From Plasmodiophora brassicae (taxonomy: Eukaryota), in the NCBI GenBank assembly GCA_036867785.1, contig CP145415.1, forward strand, positions 1,240,001 through 1,291,307: a DNA stretch of 51,307 bases, written 5' to 3'. The notes beneath the pieces were generated by a model. The model was not told where the DNA came from. It worked only from the letters and a program-made list of their open reading frames with translations, and searched no databases. The translations under genes were made by a program, and so were the position numbers. The first letter of the stretch is position 1, and the number at the start of each line of letters is the position of its first letter. Of the stretch, positions 1-12,400 are shown in pieces.

Positions 1-2228
1 TTGCATATGGCCATGTACGCCATTACACTGACGATGGGAAACCATGAGCTTAGGGGTGGGAGCCACGGTTGCCACCCGACCTGGATCCGATGGGGACCAG
101 CGATAGGAAGAAGACGTGCCAATAAGCGAAGAAATTCTCAGGGCCACAGTACAGCAGCCACGAGAACGACGACAGGAACGCACCGGCTATTGAGAACATG
201 GCTGATCTGAGCAACAGGTTATTGAGCGCCAACCGGTAGAGCCGAACGTGGACGCTGCCTAACACTCCCAACGCGTTCCTGTATCGTGCATCAACGATAA
301 TGTCACGAGTGAACGGCAGCATGGTGTAGACGTTGACCAGACGAGCTGGCAGTGAAGGTCAGCGGGCATATACAGGGCGCGATAAAGTTGCTCTACCCTT
401 ATTTGGAGTATACAGAGCCATCATCAAGGAGACCACAGTCACGACAACGACGACGATCTCAGCAGCAATGAAAAACGAGACGTTAAACTTCAGCGTTAGC
501 AGCGTCACGTCTTTGAAACTGTCAATTTCATACGTGCTGTACAGGCGAGCGTTCAGGCATGTTAGAAACCCGGCCTAGCAAAGGCAGACAAACACCTGCT
601 ATATTCGCAGCTGGGGCTGTCGCATATCGCCAGCTTGAGGTAGAACGAATTGGGTGCTTCGTACACGGAATACGTGATAACCTACGATGAAGGCATTGAG
701 AAAAGGGCACTGACAGTGATGGGAACCAAACCGCACTGACAGGTCTGCCATCCGAGGGACGCAGGACCATTGAGATCTGCATCTCTGAAACGATCCATAA
801 AGGACTCTCGTCAACGACGGAAGCATCAACACACTGATCGGTATCGTCAATGCAGAGCGGGGCGGCACACTTGAAGACCAGCAGCGCGCCACCGACCCCG
901 CCTTCCCAGGCCTGAAAGAAGGCAATGATCGGCAGTCCACCGCCTGCGAACACGCTGGTCACTCGCATCATCGGTATGACACGGGCCGCCTGAACGCTAC
1001 ATACCAACAGGTAGGCTTCTGCTTGTACACCTTATAACGGGCCAGTTGATGGCCTGCGCGCTGTTCATCAGCGTCCGTATCGTGCAGTCCTTGGCCACCA
1101 ACGATGACGTGCTGCAAACGGCCAGTTGCAGGATGGAATACGATTCATCAGCGTAGGCGACGAGCAAATTGCCACTGTGGTCCAGCGCGACCGACGAATA
1201 CTCAGACGCAGACTCATCTGAACACCGGAACGAAAAGCGTCAACGACACGAACGCAGATGCGTCCTACTCAGACCCTGCCTAGCGTTACGATTCGAGGCG
1301 CGTCGCACGTCCCCTGATCGCAGACGCACAGCTGTAACGTGCCCGTCGTCCCATTTGGGTTCCTGCGGTCGTGGTGTCAAACGCGGTAAATGACGCATGC
1401 AAACGGGGGAGGGGGCCAATCGAGGACCATTGCTGGAAGCTGATGATGGTCGTGTTCCCTGCAGTGACAATGTCGGTGGACCCGTACGAATGGTAGAACC
1501 CTCCCAGCTTATACGGGAACGTGACATGGGACGACCGACAGTCATCGGTCAAACCTGCCCTGAGAGTTGGACATCAGATTGTACACAGAGATGAGCACCA
1601 TCACCAACAGGTCGCGACGGCTAGGGAATTTCTTGTCTTGTCCATGTAGGCGACGAGCGGGAGGCCGTTGGCGCCGACCAGGGCAGCCGCCGCAAACCCG
1701 ACATTCGACGTGCTGCCAATCTTGGTCGTCGTGAACGCGGCGCAGGACGAATCAGAACACGACATGCCATACAAAGTGGCGGCATTGCCCGACTGCAACG
1801 GTGCAAACGCGATGAACGGGCGATTGCGCACGAACGTCAGCGATGCGGCCGCCAGCGGCGGTGTGCATCCCAGATGCCGACTTCGCTTCGATTCCGTATC
1901 GCACTGCTCTGCGTTCGGCACAAGCGCCCTGCCTGAGTCGGTCTGCACGTCTTGACGGTGGGCCGTCTCACGACCGACCTGCGTCGCACGTGGTCATCTT
2001 GAGCCCCCAGGCGGATCCGTAGACGACAACGATGGACCGCGTGACCGGGTCCAGTTGCAGGGACGGGTACTGGCCGAGGTCGGTGACACCAATCGGCCCG
2101 CCGTCCATTGCCGCCCCCCACGCCGACACCGTCACGATGATCACGCCAGCGACCACGCCGGCACGGCATGCCATTACGGCACGCGACCCTCCGACTAGAA
2201 TAGCGAATATAAGGGGGGACGGGGCCAT
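1..2228 (-). CDS. Multi-exon secreted/membrane protein with repeated propeller-like motifs and C-terminal TM helices; 3' end runs off the window
   Basis: Minus-strand exons give a hydrophobic N-terminus (GVVAGVIIVTVSAWG). Repeated units follow (LGQYPSLQLDPVTRSIVVVY..LKMTTCD; VGFAAAALVGANGLPLVAYMD..LAVATC; EYSSVALDHSGNLLVAYAD), then TM segments (FFIAAEIVVVVVTVVSLMMAL; ORF 50-322). Boundaries are approximate. Confidence 0.6.
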
Positions 2229-2288
2229 CAGACCGGCCGGTCCCTGACGCCCCCCGGTTCCATTTACTTATCGTATCGTACAATCTGT

Positions 2289-2702
2289 TTAAGCGGACGT
2301 GTCGTCGTCGTCGTCGCCGCTCGGCGATCTCGGCAGTTTGAAGTAGGACGATTCAACGTGCGGCGCGTGTTGCAGGATATCGTCGTGGGGACACGGGTCC
2401 AACGCGGCGTCTTCCGTAAGGCGCAGGCTGTGTCCCCAGAAGTCGAGCGGTGATACGACCGGCTGTACGTCATCGGGGACGGGCGCGTTCTGCACCTGCG
2501 CGGTCCACTCGATGACGGCAGCAATACCGGCGTCCGATTCGCCATCGCCGACTTTGCACATCGCCTGCAGACGACCGCGTTCATCTTCACTCAGCACGGG
2601 CGTTGCCCTCGACGCCGTCGCAGCCGACAACGCCTGGCGCAGAGACCAGGTCGACGGTGGCACCAGAGCTCGCGCCACGGCGCGCCCCGCGATCGACCCC
2701 AT
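2289..2702 (-). CDS. gatC: Glu-tRNA(Gln) amidotransferase subunit C-like (organellar GatC)
   Basis: 137 aa from ATG at 2702 (MGSIAGRAVARAL, presequence-like). Contains the GatC-like pattern VQPVVSPL..LRLTED..DILQHAPHVESSYFKLP. Confidence 0.7.
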   Translation of the reverse strand: MGSIAGRAVARALVPPSTWSLRQALSAATASRATPVLSEDERGRLQAMCKVGDGESDAGIAAVIEWTAQVQNAPVPDDVQPVVSPLDFWGHSLRLTEDAALDPCPHDDILQHAPHVESSYFKLPRSPSGDDDDDTSA

Positions 2703-2847
2703 TTCGGAACGCGGCGGCGACCGAGTGGCGCTCACCACGGACACGCCGATGCCGATCAGCCACAGCAGCCAGTAGCGAAGCGGGCGCTGCTCGTGTATTG
2801 CAGAGAGCACGTGCGGTAGTGGTGATTCCAACCTGCGCCCGCGTATG

Positions 2848-3714
2848 CTAGACCACGTTGTTCACGATGTGCTCCTCTGTTGAGGTGCTGAGACCCCGGG
2901 CCTTCTGCGGGACCGTCGGCCTGTCGGTCCTGGTGGGACGGACCGGATGCGCAGCGAGATCTCTGCTCGATTTCAGGGACAGCAAATACATGGACATGAA
3001 GCAGGCGGGAACCAGGGTGACAAACGCGTTCAGCGTGCTGATGATGTTCGTCGGGAACACGTTCAGCAGAATCAGGTAGGACGCCTGGACGAAGAAGGAG
3101 AAGGTGGCCAGCGATTCCTGTTCGCCCATGATTTTCGAGATGATCTGCCGCGTCTGCTGGCTCTTCATGGTGCCCAGCTGCCGCATTGAAAGGTAGAGCC
3201 GACCGACGATCATGCAGGCGATGAATGCGTCAAACACGAGGTCACCGACTTTCTGCAGGTAGCTGGTGGCCAACGGGCTCTGCGTCAGGCAGACGCCGTT
3301 GCTCGACGTGGTCGTGTAAAGGAACGCACCATAGACGGCCTCGATGCTGGCGCGTATAAAAAAGCTGACAGCAATTACAGCAACCAGATACGATCGTCGC
3401 ATATATCGGGCGTTGAGATGGTACACGATCTGGAGCTGGAACGCCCAGACGGCCGCAAACTGCAATGCCTGCACAGGGAACACTGTAATGATCTTGAGCC
3501 TGCAGTTTGGAACCAGGTAGTAATCCCACAGGAAGGACTGAATCTGTAGTTCGGCGAGGGATACCGCGATCACGATGCAGGTCCACCTGTGCCATCGAGT
3601 GTGAATGCGTCGGGTCATGACGACAATCACAACGAAGCAGGCGCCGAACCCGGCCGCCATGCCGCGAATGAACTCAGTCAGTAGCTGGTCCGCGGTGAAC
3701 AATGGCTTCGACAT
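2848..3714 (-). CDS. Intronless seven-transmembrane (GPCR-like) protein
   Basis: About 288 aa from ATG 3714 with ~7 hydrophobic segments. Cys residues in the predicted first (PNC) and second (GVC) extracellular loops, and a polar C-terminal tail. Confidence 0.65.
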   Translation of the reverse strand: MSKPLFTADQLLTEFIRGMAAGFGACFVVIVVMTRRIHTRWHRWTCIVIAVSLAELQIQSFLWDYYLVPNCRLKIITVFPVQALQFAAVWAFQLQIVYHLNARYMRRSYLVAVIAVSFFIRASIEAVYGAFLYTTTSSNGVCLTQSPLATSYLQKVGDLVFDAFIACMIVGRLYLSMRQLGTMKSQQTRQIISKIMGEQESLATFSFFVQASYLILLNVFPTNIISTLNAFVTLVPACFMSMYLLSLKSSRDLAAHPVRPTRTDRPTVPQKARGLSTSTEEHIVNNVV

Positions 3715-4129
3715 CCCGCTGTACCCTTGTGCAGGCGTGCGTGAGCATAGCCACAATAGCAGACTCTACTATACTGCTACAGCACTTCCACCGACTGCCC
3801 TGTCACTGAGTCGCGGCTTTCCCTATCAGGTGCGCGTGAACCTGGAGGTGCGCCCACCCAGTCACAGGGACCTCCAGGTGCGCGCACCTCCAGGTTCGCC
3901 AACTAAGTGAAAATGAGTCATCTGGGGCTCTGTGACATACGAGAGCCAGCAGCCTCCGTTACGTAAAAATGCAATACGTATCTGCAATTTGAATTTCGCG
4001 CGGGGTATCATTGCCGCCGTTCATGTCCGCTTCATCATTCATCGCCTATACCCTTGTCACGGATTCGCCTGTCGCCTGGCCACGATTCTTTGCACTCAAA
4101 TCACCGTGACCGGCTGATACCGCCGATCG

Positions 4130-4752
4130 GCTAGCGTCCACTTCGTATCGTTCCAGAACGGGCTGTTGCCGTTTATGCACGCGTTCAGCGTCAAGCATGG
4201 ATTTGTTATCGCACGCAAAGCACAACACGAATGATTCGGCGAAGGCGGTGCAACATTTCGGAGAGGAAAAGGTCGTTCAGAGGGGTTATTATTTCTCCTG
4301 CAGCTCTAGGCTCTCATATTGGAGGCTGTCCGTTTCATGTCGACTTCACATACGTCTTCACAGACCGGCGATACGTCGTAGAGAAGGACAACACGGTTCC
4401 GCACAGAAACGCTCTTCAACATCTCTTGTTGTTGTCGGAATTTTATTCAAGCAGAAGGACGCTGAACGGACTACCGAGGAACGGGAAGCCATTCTGGAAT
4501 TGGCTCCTTTTGTTAGCATTGGCACCTCCCGTGTGCAACGTCGACGCTGGCCGATGATTGGTTTCGACCGCAAACTGCTATACCGCTTGAAAGCAAAGCG
4601 TCGTGAGATTGCATTTGCCTCCGACCGAGACGCCATCAACCGCTTCATGGAGGAAGGCCAGAAGATTCGGGATGCCGGTGGAGTGTTCGATATTCGCTTT
4701 GACGATTGCCTACGTATTGAGGAAGTTCTCGTCCAGAACCCATCAGTGAAAG
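4130..4752 (+). mobile_element. Degenerate Mutator-like (MULE/FAR1) transposase remnant
   Basis: Frameshifted pieces appear in FAR1/MULE order: HFVSFQNGLLPFMHAFSVKHGFVIARK, YYFSCSSR, GCPFHVDFTY..RYVV, then GGVFDIRFDDCLRIEEVLVQNP, which resembles the segment preceding the MULE catalytic core. Family assignment is by motif recall. Confidence 0.55.
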
Positions 4753-4888
4753 TATCGAACACTCCACCGGCATCCCGAATCTTCTGGTCTTCCTCCATGA
4801 AGCGGTTGATGGCGTCTCGATCGGAGGCAAATGCAATCTCACGACGCTTTGCTTTCAAGCGGTATAGCAGTCTGCGGTTGAACCCGAT
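4557..4888. repeat. Long inverted repeat (hairpin): 136-bp arms, 60-bp loop
   Basis: 4557-4692 is the reverse complement of 4753-4888 with 6 mismatches. The same peptide LLYRLKAKRREIAFASDRDAINRFMEE appears in both + and - ORFs. Confidence 0.95.
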
Positions 4889-4914
4889 AGCACAGAGTGT
4901 CGCCTCATCCAGAG

Positions 4915-7083
4915 ATGGAGTACGACGACCGTATATTGGCCACGTTAGCACATGCGCGGACGCCGTGGTGGGTGCACCCACGGAGTTGTTCGGCGGCAAT
5001 GGACACGAAAGCCAGATCTCGCAGCGACGGCCACAGGTCCAGGTCACGCTCGCGGTCCCCGGGTAGGAGGCCGACGTTGGCACACTGTCATTCAACTGCA
5101 CGTGTATCGATTGCTGACACTGCAGTTGCAGACCACAAGCGCCATCGACGAAACCGGGAGCCATCCCTCGAACGGGACGCGCGACGCAAGGCCAAGAAGG
5201 AGGCAAGACGTCATAGCAAACAGTCTGGCGCCTTTGGGTATACCGATGACGCCAACCCGTTCGGCGATCCATCATTGTCGAAAGTATTCGTCTGGAAGAA
5301 GAAGCACAAGGCCGAATTGGATGCCGGTTAGCCTGCGCTTTGGCGATCGTAATGCCCACTCATTCTTCGCGTTACGGCTATGCACAGGAACGCCCGTATC
5401 GAAGATTGAAAAGAAGGTTAAACGTAGGCAGCAGGAGTTGCGGGATGAAATCGAGCGTATCAAGCAACGCAAAGAGGAGCGCGAGATCGAGAAAGAGCAG
5501 ATGGAGGAGATGAAAATGCAGATCGCACGCGAAATGGAACGCGATGCGAACGCCGACTGGGATCGGAAAGAAGAAGAATTTCTTAGGGAACAGGTATGGA
5601 GTTTGGGGTCATCGATTGATAATGTACCTGACACTCTACGTGCGTCATCAGCAACGAATTGTCGTCGCGCGTCGCATTCGGGAACAGCGGCAGAAACCTT
5701 CGGACCTGCTGGCACAGAATTTGTTTGTTCTGGAGTTGGATGGGAGGAAACCTACGACACCTGGACATGGCCAGGACGTCGTTGATCACGATACGTTCGA
5801 CCTTATAGATCCGATCGCTGTCTTTCGCGACCTAGGGCAGCAAGAATTGCTGGAGCTCTTAAAGGATGTTCAGGACCAGATTGAGAACGGGGAACATGTC
5901 GAGTATTGGTCAGCACTTAGCGTTATCTGCGAGGACGCCCTCGTGGCGAGTGCCGACTCGAACCTGATCGACCCCGTTCGGTCTGATCTCGAAAAGATAT
6001 TCCATGTAAGGGACACAGTGTAGAAGAACCATCGGCCGTATGCCTGACGCACGACACAGGAGAAGAGCGTTCAGGACCTGCGCAACCTGAAGGACAAGAC
6101 CACGGCCAAAGTTGCTGGGCTAGACGCCGACGATTCGGTAGCTGTCGATGTCGATTATTGGCAGTCTCTGCTGCCTTTAATGGACCTTGCCATTGCTAAA
6201 GCCTATCTGCGCGAATTCTACAATAACTTGGTCCAGATGCGTCTCCAGCAGTTGGCTCAGGATGAGATGCAACTTGCAGGTTTGTCCGATTATCTGACTG
6301 TCAGCCATCCCAAGCGATAACCCGTCCGGTTCCGTGCAGGTTGCGAGTCGCATGCTGTCAACAGTGGTTTGCGGAGCCCAGTTCAGTTCGTCGACGAGGA
6401 GCTGTCGCGTACTGCCATTGCTCCTGCAGATGACATGGCATCGTTACGTGAGCAACGCGCTTCTATTGTCGCCGAGGAATTTGCCAAGTTCAGTGAGAGC
6501 CGGGGCCGACTCGTTCCTCATCAAAAGAAACTCGAGGTACGTTTGCTCAGTGATCCCCAATGCAGAACGTCCCGGCGTCTAACTCCGCGTGACGAAGGTG
6601 TCTGCTGCTGCATTCGATGCGAACAACCTGATGAATACGATGACCGAGGACGAGCAACAGTTCTCGGATGTTGTCCAGTTGGCAAGTGACGGGACTGTTC
6701 CTTCGTGGGCTGACAAGTACAGGCCTCGCAAGCCGAAGTTCTTCAACTGTGTCAAAGCCGGGTACGAGTGGTCGAAGTACAATCAGACGCACTATGATCG
6801 GGAAAATCCGCCGCCCAAAGTCGTTCAAGGCTACAAGTTCAACATATTCTATCCGGACCTGCTTGACCCGTCAGTCGCTCCAACGTTCACGAAGTTGAAG
6901 ATACCAGACGATCCAGACTTTTGCATTCTACGATTCTCGGCCGGACCACCGTACGAGGACATTGCCTTCAAGATCGTCAACAAGCCGTGGGAGAGCTCGC
7001 AAAGGCATGGGTTCCGAAGCAAGTTCGAGAGAGGCGTCCTCTGCCTTTACTTCAACTTCAGGCGCATTCGATACCGAAGATAA
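4915..7083 (+). CDS. cactin: Cactin (spliceosome-associated), multi-exon
   Basis: RS-rich N-terminus, GYTDDANPFGDPSLSKVFVWKKK, a coiled coil, and the C-terminal domain KYRPRKPKFFN..GYEWSKYNQTHYD..PPPKVVQGYKFNIFYPDL..AGPPYEDIAFKIV..LYFNFRRIRYRR. Confidence 0.95.
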
Positions 7084-7148
7084 ACCAATCGGTATCTTAC
7101 TTGACCCCGAAACTGTTCCATACCTCCATTCGACAAGGTGTAAGGCCT

Positions 7149-9182
7149 TTATGTATATCGCCTCTTCATGTCTTTGATGAAAGTTACCGTTCGCGACAGT
7201 ACAGGCATCAGGATAGGAACGAAGAACGGCGTGTAAACCGCATAGACGTGCTCGTCAGGGAAGTACATCAGCGGGATCATGGTCTCATCGAAGAATGCCG
7301 ACTGCGCATTGCTGTGCGCATCCAGGCACATATCGAATGCAGTCTTGTATTCGTGCCGCATTATTGCAGACCGACAGCCATCTGCAAAGCGGGCTCAGAT
7401 TGAAAAATCGGCACGTTTAGATGGAGATTTACGAAGAGACGAGACTGCGTTATGGACAAGAGCCGCAACGTGATCCTCAACGGGCAACTGTAAGTTCTCA
7501 CGCAACAATGACGAAAATGCTCCAAGCGTCTGGACTGCGCTCGCGTGGTTGGAACGTATGCGATCGCGTCGGGCAAGATCGACTTCCCATTGTGCCACTC
7601 CGGAAGGTGCAGCGAGCTGCTACGCATGGCATCGTTGTAAGTGGTTACGATACGCAGTCGAGATGTTACTTACGTCAATGTCAACGCCATCAACGGACCA
7701 TGCAGGTAGCGGGAGCCCAAGAAGCGTCCTGATCTGCGCAACGACAACGCCCATGACCGAGGAGATGCGTTCGTCCGTTGGGCTATTAACAGTCTCCAGC
7801 GAGTTACCGATTACAAGGCCTCCCCACCTAGGCAGCATGAACGATGTCGACGCGGGGGCAGCTAATCGACACGGAAATGAGTACACATACGGTCCTGCGG
7901 AACACGTCGGTAGGAGTACCAGCTGTCGGGCGGATCGTCAATGGTGTGTGCCGACGAGGGGGGATATAAATGAAAAAGTGTAACGCAGGAAACGATGGCG
8001 TGTGGATAGACTCTGACACCAAGTGAATAAACCGGGCACGATAATCTGCGCGACGGCCAACTCACCAACGTTCCATTTCGTACGTCCAATAAACGTCTCC
8101 AGCTGCGAGGGGGTGATAAACGACACGTTGTTCCTGCCGACGTTGATGCCATCAACAATATCGGCGAAGTATACGACCTGGGAGTCCACCCGAGCGTTAA
8201 AGACGTTACGGATCTCGTCAAGGAACGGAGTCAGGTGAGCTGCGTCCTTCACGTCAGAGCATCCGCAACGCATAGGACGATAACGAACCGTTTAAAACGT
8301 CTTTGAAGCTCCAGGATAATGCTTTGCTGGGGGTGTCGATAAGCAGCGAGAAAGAGAGCAGGTAACTTCGCTGAGAATGGACCTGCATATTGGACTGGCC
8401 GGCATAGCGTAAGCGCCGGCATTATTCCAGTGACATGATGGGTCCACCTGGTGCACAGCATCGCTCCCCGATACGATGGGCCTCCACATTGCACGGACCA
8501 GATCAGAACAGCGCTGAACAAGTTCAAGTACGGGTTTTCCTCCTGATTGGACGTATAAACATACACATGGCCATGACGCCCAAATCAGCGTACCTGTTGT
8601 AATCCACGCGTGTTTGTACTTGCCGAGGACGGACAGCTCCTTCGGCCCTTTGATAATGAACACGGTAATATCGGAACTATCCTCTGTGTCCGTCTTCAGC
8701 AAGTCATCGAAGTCTATCCAGCTATGAACGGAAATGCCAGGCAATAAACGAATCGATGCAATGACCTTGCATGTCTTCCTCAGTTTTGGGCATTGCAGCT
8801 GCGAGCCGGTCAGCGCCGACGAGTGAACACAGAACATTGAATTGCTGTTGGTCAGCAACAGACACGTGTAACAGGGCTTCCAGACGATCGCAGAACGGTT
8901 TGGCCGTCGACAACGTGTCGTCTGCAAGGACAACGTGCAGGTTTGTTTGCCAGGATAGATCGGACTGCGACTATGTGAGTTTGCCTGTGGCGACCCTGCA
9001 AATTCGAGCAGCCGTACGCAGCTTGCCGGCAGATGAGACAAGTCAGGCAACGGGGCACGCTCCACCCGTGAAGTTGTCATGTAGACACCAGCACATAGAG
9101 CGAAATATGCCAGGAAACACGACAGGATGACGACACGGGTGGTGACTGTTTCCTCCGGCACTGCACATCGTCCCATCAGCAT
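7149..9182 (-). CDS. PIGS: GPI transamidase component PIG-S, multi-exon
   Basis: N-terminal TM followed by TTSRVERAPLP; SFMLPRWGGLVI; C-terminal AFFDETMIPLMYFPDEHVYAVYTPFFVP. Start at 9176 or 9182. Confidence 0.88.
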
Positions 9183-9408
9183 CCGCGCGCACACCGAGGT
9201 CAGACCCGGCTACCATATAACGTGGGGCTCCCCGCCGCCGACGCCATCGACGACGCTGAACCCACCAGAACGCCACCGAAATGGCCCGCTGGCAGCAGAC
9301 CTGTTGGTCGGCAACTTTCGAACGCAACGCCGATCGTTTTTTTGTGTGTTTGTGCGCCCGCTCAGTTTGTCGCCTCCCGCCTGGTCCGCTACCGCTGCTC
9401 TCCATGCC

Positions 9409-12400
9409 ATGGTGGACCTCAGCATAGTCGGCGCCATTGGCGACTTGCATCGAGGCACACCATGGAGTCGTCATCAGGCGAGACGTATCGCCTATGAGTC
9501 GTTGATTGATGGCAGAGAGGGGCGGTACAGGCACCGGCGCCGTTCCGACCTGGAGAGGTCCGTCTGGCAGCGCTTGCTGCAGGTTGAATTGCACATGCGC
9601 GCAACGGGACAGTCAGAGCGATCGTTTCGTCTTGAAGCCCTCGTTAGCACGGCGCTCTCGTAAGTGCGACTTCTAAGGATGCCATGCTTGCTGCTTCTCA
9701 CGTACGAGCTGGCATGGTCGCAGAGCCGATCGTGTAACGCTAGAGAATGGCCGCACAATCCAGTGGACATCGGTCTGGCAGCTTCTGGATGTTCTTGTTC
9801 GTCTACAACGAACACGACCTCCAGTAGATTCACGTTCCTTCGTCGCCAACTGTATGTTCGTCTGCTCCGCATGCCTACGTACCTAACCGACTTTGAGCAG
9901 TCTGGCTGCCGCCGACAAGATTCCGCAGTACCATTGCTGAGTTGCCGAAAATGATGGACGTGTCGCCAGGGCTACCACAACACGATCAGTATCCACCCTG
10001 CAACGGCCAAGCGGCGTTGTTTCGGGACCGTGTCGATGTGCTAGAGATGGATCGTCATTCGCGTTCACCTCCTGGCTGGGCATGTCTCCCGTTTCCATAT
10101 AGAGATAGCAAGGCGGAACCTTCACTTAGCGTGCCTAAGGTATATCCGCATTTGTCGTACCATGTATGCAGGCCAAATAAGAAATTATCGCAGGCTGAAG
10201 AAATGGTGCAATCCGAAGTGGACGTTGAAGATCGGGTATCGTTCGAAAGCATGTATACTGCTGCCGTGTTCGGCGAAGACATCGAAATTACAGAGCAATC
10301 CGCATTCGTCGCCAACACGATGCTTGCACTTCAGGGCATTCCTTCGTCGTCGTTCGCACTCGACAGAACCTCTGGAAAGATCCATTTCCGTCCTGAGCGT
10401 TTGGTATGTGGTCGCGTTCCCTGTTCGATCAAGGGGCTGCCGATTCTCATTTGCGCATTCCCTTTCAGGAGAATCACAGCGCTGTCTTATTACGTCACTG
10501 TAGCTGCTGGGTGATAGACGTTGCCGAATCTATTGTCCGACTGGAATCCCGGCTAGTATCGCTGAGCGCCAAGGACAGCGTTATCTCTCATTGGAAACGT
10601 CGTGTCCGAGATCAAATATGCGGCTATCGCATCGAAATGAATCTCGTCCAACCTCATCCAACCTGCGTGCTCGATGTGCTGTGTGGGCCGATTCGGGCGA
10701 TGGCTGAGAGTTTCAAGCGTTTCGTCAACATCATGTTATGGTGCTCGAAAACCAGGTACACGGTTGCCCATGTCCTGATGATATCCGTCACCTGATGCCC
10801 CGAATGTGCCTTTAGTACTGGAGTCGATTTATTATCCTTCTTATTCGAATCGTGCGTCCAATTGGAAGCGCAAACGAGCAGCGTTAGTCGCATGGTTCAC
10901 CACATGTTCGGCGAGTGCTTTTCGCTATACCTTCGCAGCCTGCGCCTGCGCCTCGTACCAGACGACACGATTATCGTCGTGGATGACAACACGGAGCCGT
11001 TGCGGTTCCCTGCATTTATGTCTGAAATTGCATCTGATGTCGCCCGGAGCGACAAGTGCCTTCGTAATTTGCGCCGTGCTGTAAGGCTCCGGCAAGCCTT
11101 TTCTTTGTTGGCAACCACTAATGTTCGGCATTACAGGCACCTGCATCTCAAGCGTTTGTCGATGAGCTCCGTGCCGCTCCTAGTATTTCGATGTGTCGAT
11201 CCAGTCTGGAGCTGAACGTCTGCCAGCAGCAGCAGCAGGCACGTCTTCGCGAACTGGAAGCGGTACGTTCGCGACTCCAGAAAGCCATGAACCCTCCTGT
11301 GCAGTCACCTCCGAAGCGGTACATCCCTCGTCGTCACGACACTGATCCGGCAGAGGCGCAACGACGCGCCTTGGCGACCGCTGCGAAACGTCGTCTCTTT
11401 GCGGAACTTCGGACAGCGCATGAGGAGTCGATAGCGTCCCGTAAAGCGGCTGCTGACCTGGAACGGCGTCTAGATCGTCAGCTGATCGAAGACGGCCAAT
11501 GGAAATTTGACGCCAAGCTTGCTCTTGCAAAAGACGAGCTGATCGAGATCTTCAGGCGCCGAGGCGCATCTTACGATCGCATTGATCGTTTACATCAGTG
11601 GCGGCAGCAGCGCCAGCGAGCACGAGTCCTGGTTGGCGATTCGCCGACAGTTGACGAACATTGGTCAGAATTTGCCGCCACTTCTTTCAACGATGGAGAA
11701 CAGGGTACCTTTTATGATTCTGGCTATGATGACGTCGAGGACGCTGGTATAAGCGCTGGCCGTACTGGCGATTCTCAAAACATTGATGCTGATGTCAACT
11801 ACGGCGGAAGTGGTAGCGGGTATGCTACAGACGAAGTCACCGACGGTCACGATCAAGCAGAGCACGGGATCGAACTTGACGAGGCGACATCGACAGACAG
11901 CCACGAAGAAGGAGCAGCCATCGGGACTGTCGGCGATGCCGACCGAGGCCAAGCCTCTGACGATCGTGGGAAGAACGCTACTTCGTTGCCGCAACAGTTT
12001 CTTGCACTGCTTCCAGTGTCCCTGTTGGCAGGCGACGCACGCTCCGAGGTGGCTCCATCAACAAGAGTGGTTGCCGATCACACGCCGAGTGAGGATCTTA
12101 GTCTGCAACTGGGCGTTAAGTTCGGCCTGTTGCCAGTGCTGAGGGAGCGCTGCGCCCTGATCGACATGGTGTATGTGGCATGGGTTCTGACGCCGGAACC
12201 GTCCGGTCTGGGCTTGCCCGATCACGTGCGCAACCTGCGCCTGTTCTGCCTCCAGACGGCAGGCAACCTGTTCAACGAGTTCACCAGCGACTTACTCGAG
12301 ACGTACAACGTCAGCGGCGACCCTCTCCGAGACAACAGCGCCAAATTCCTCAATGGCCTTCTACAGTATCACATGCGTTCGGCGAATTATTCCTGCGATC

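Noticed and set aside
4197-5359. Two long overlapping ORFs (289 aa +, 333 aa -) as real genes
   Set aside because: Their shared peptide comes from the inverted repeat, and they run out of frame or antisense into cactin exon 1.
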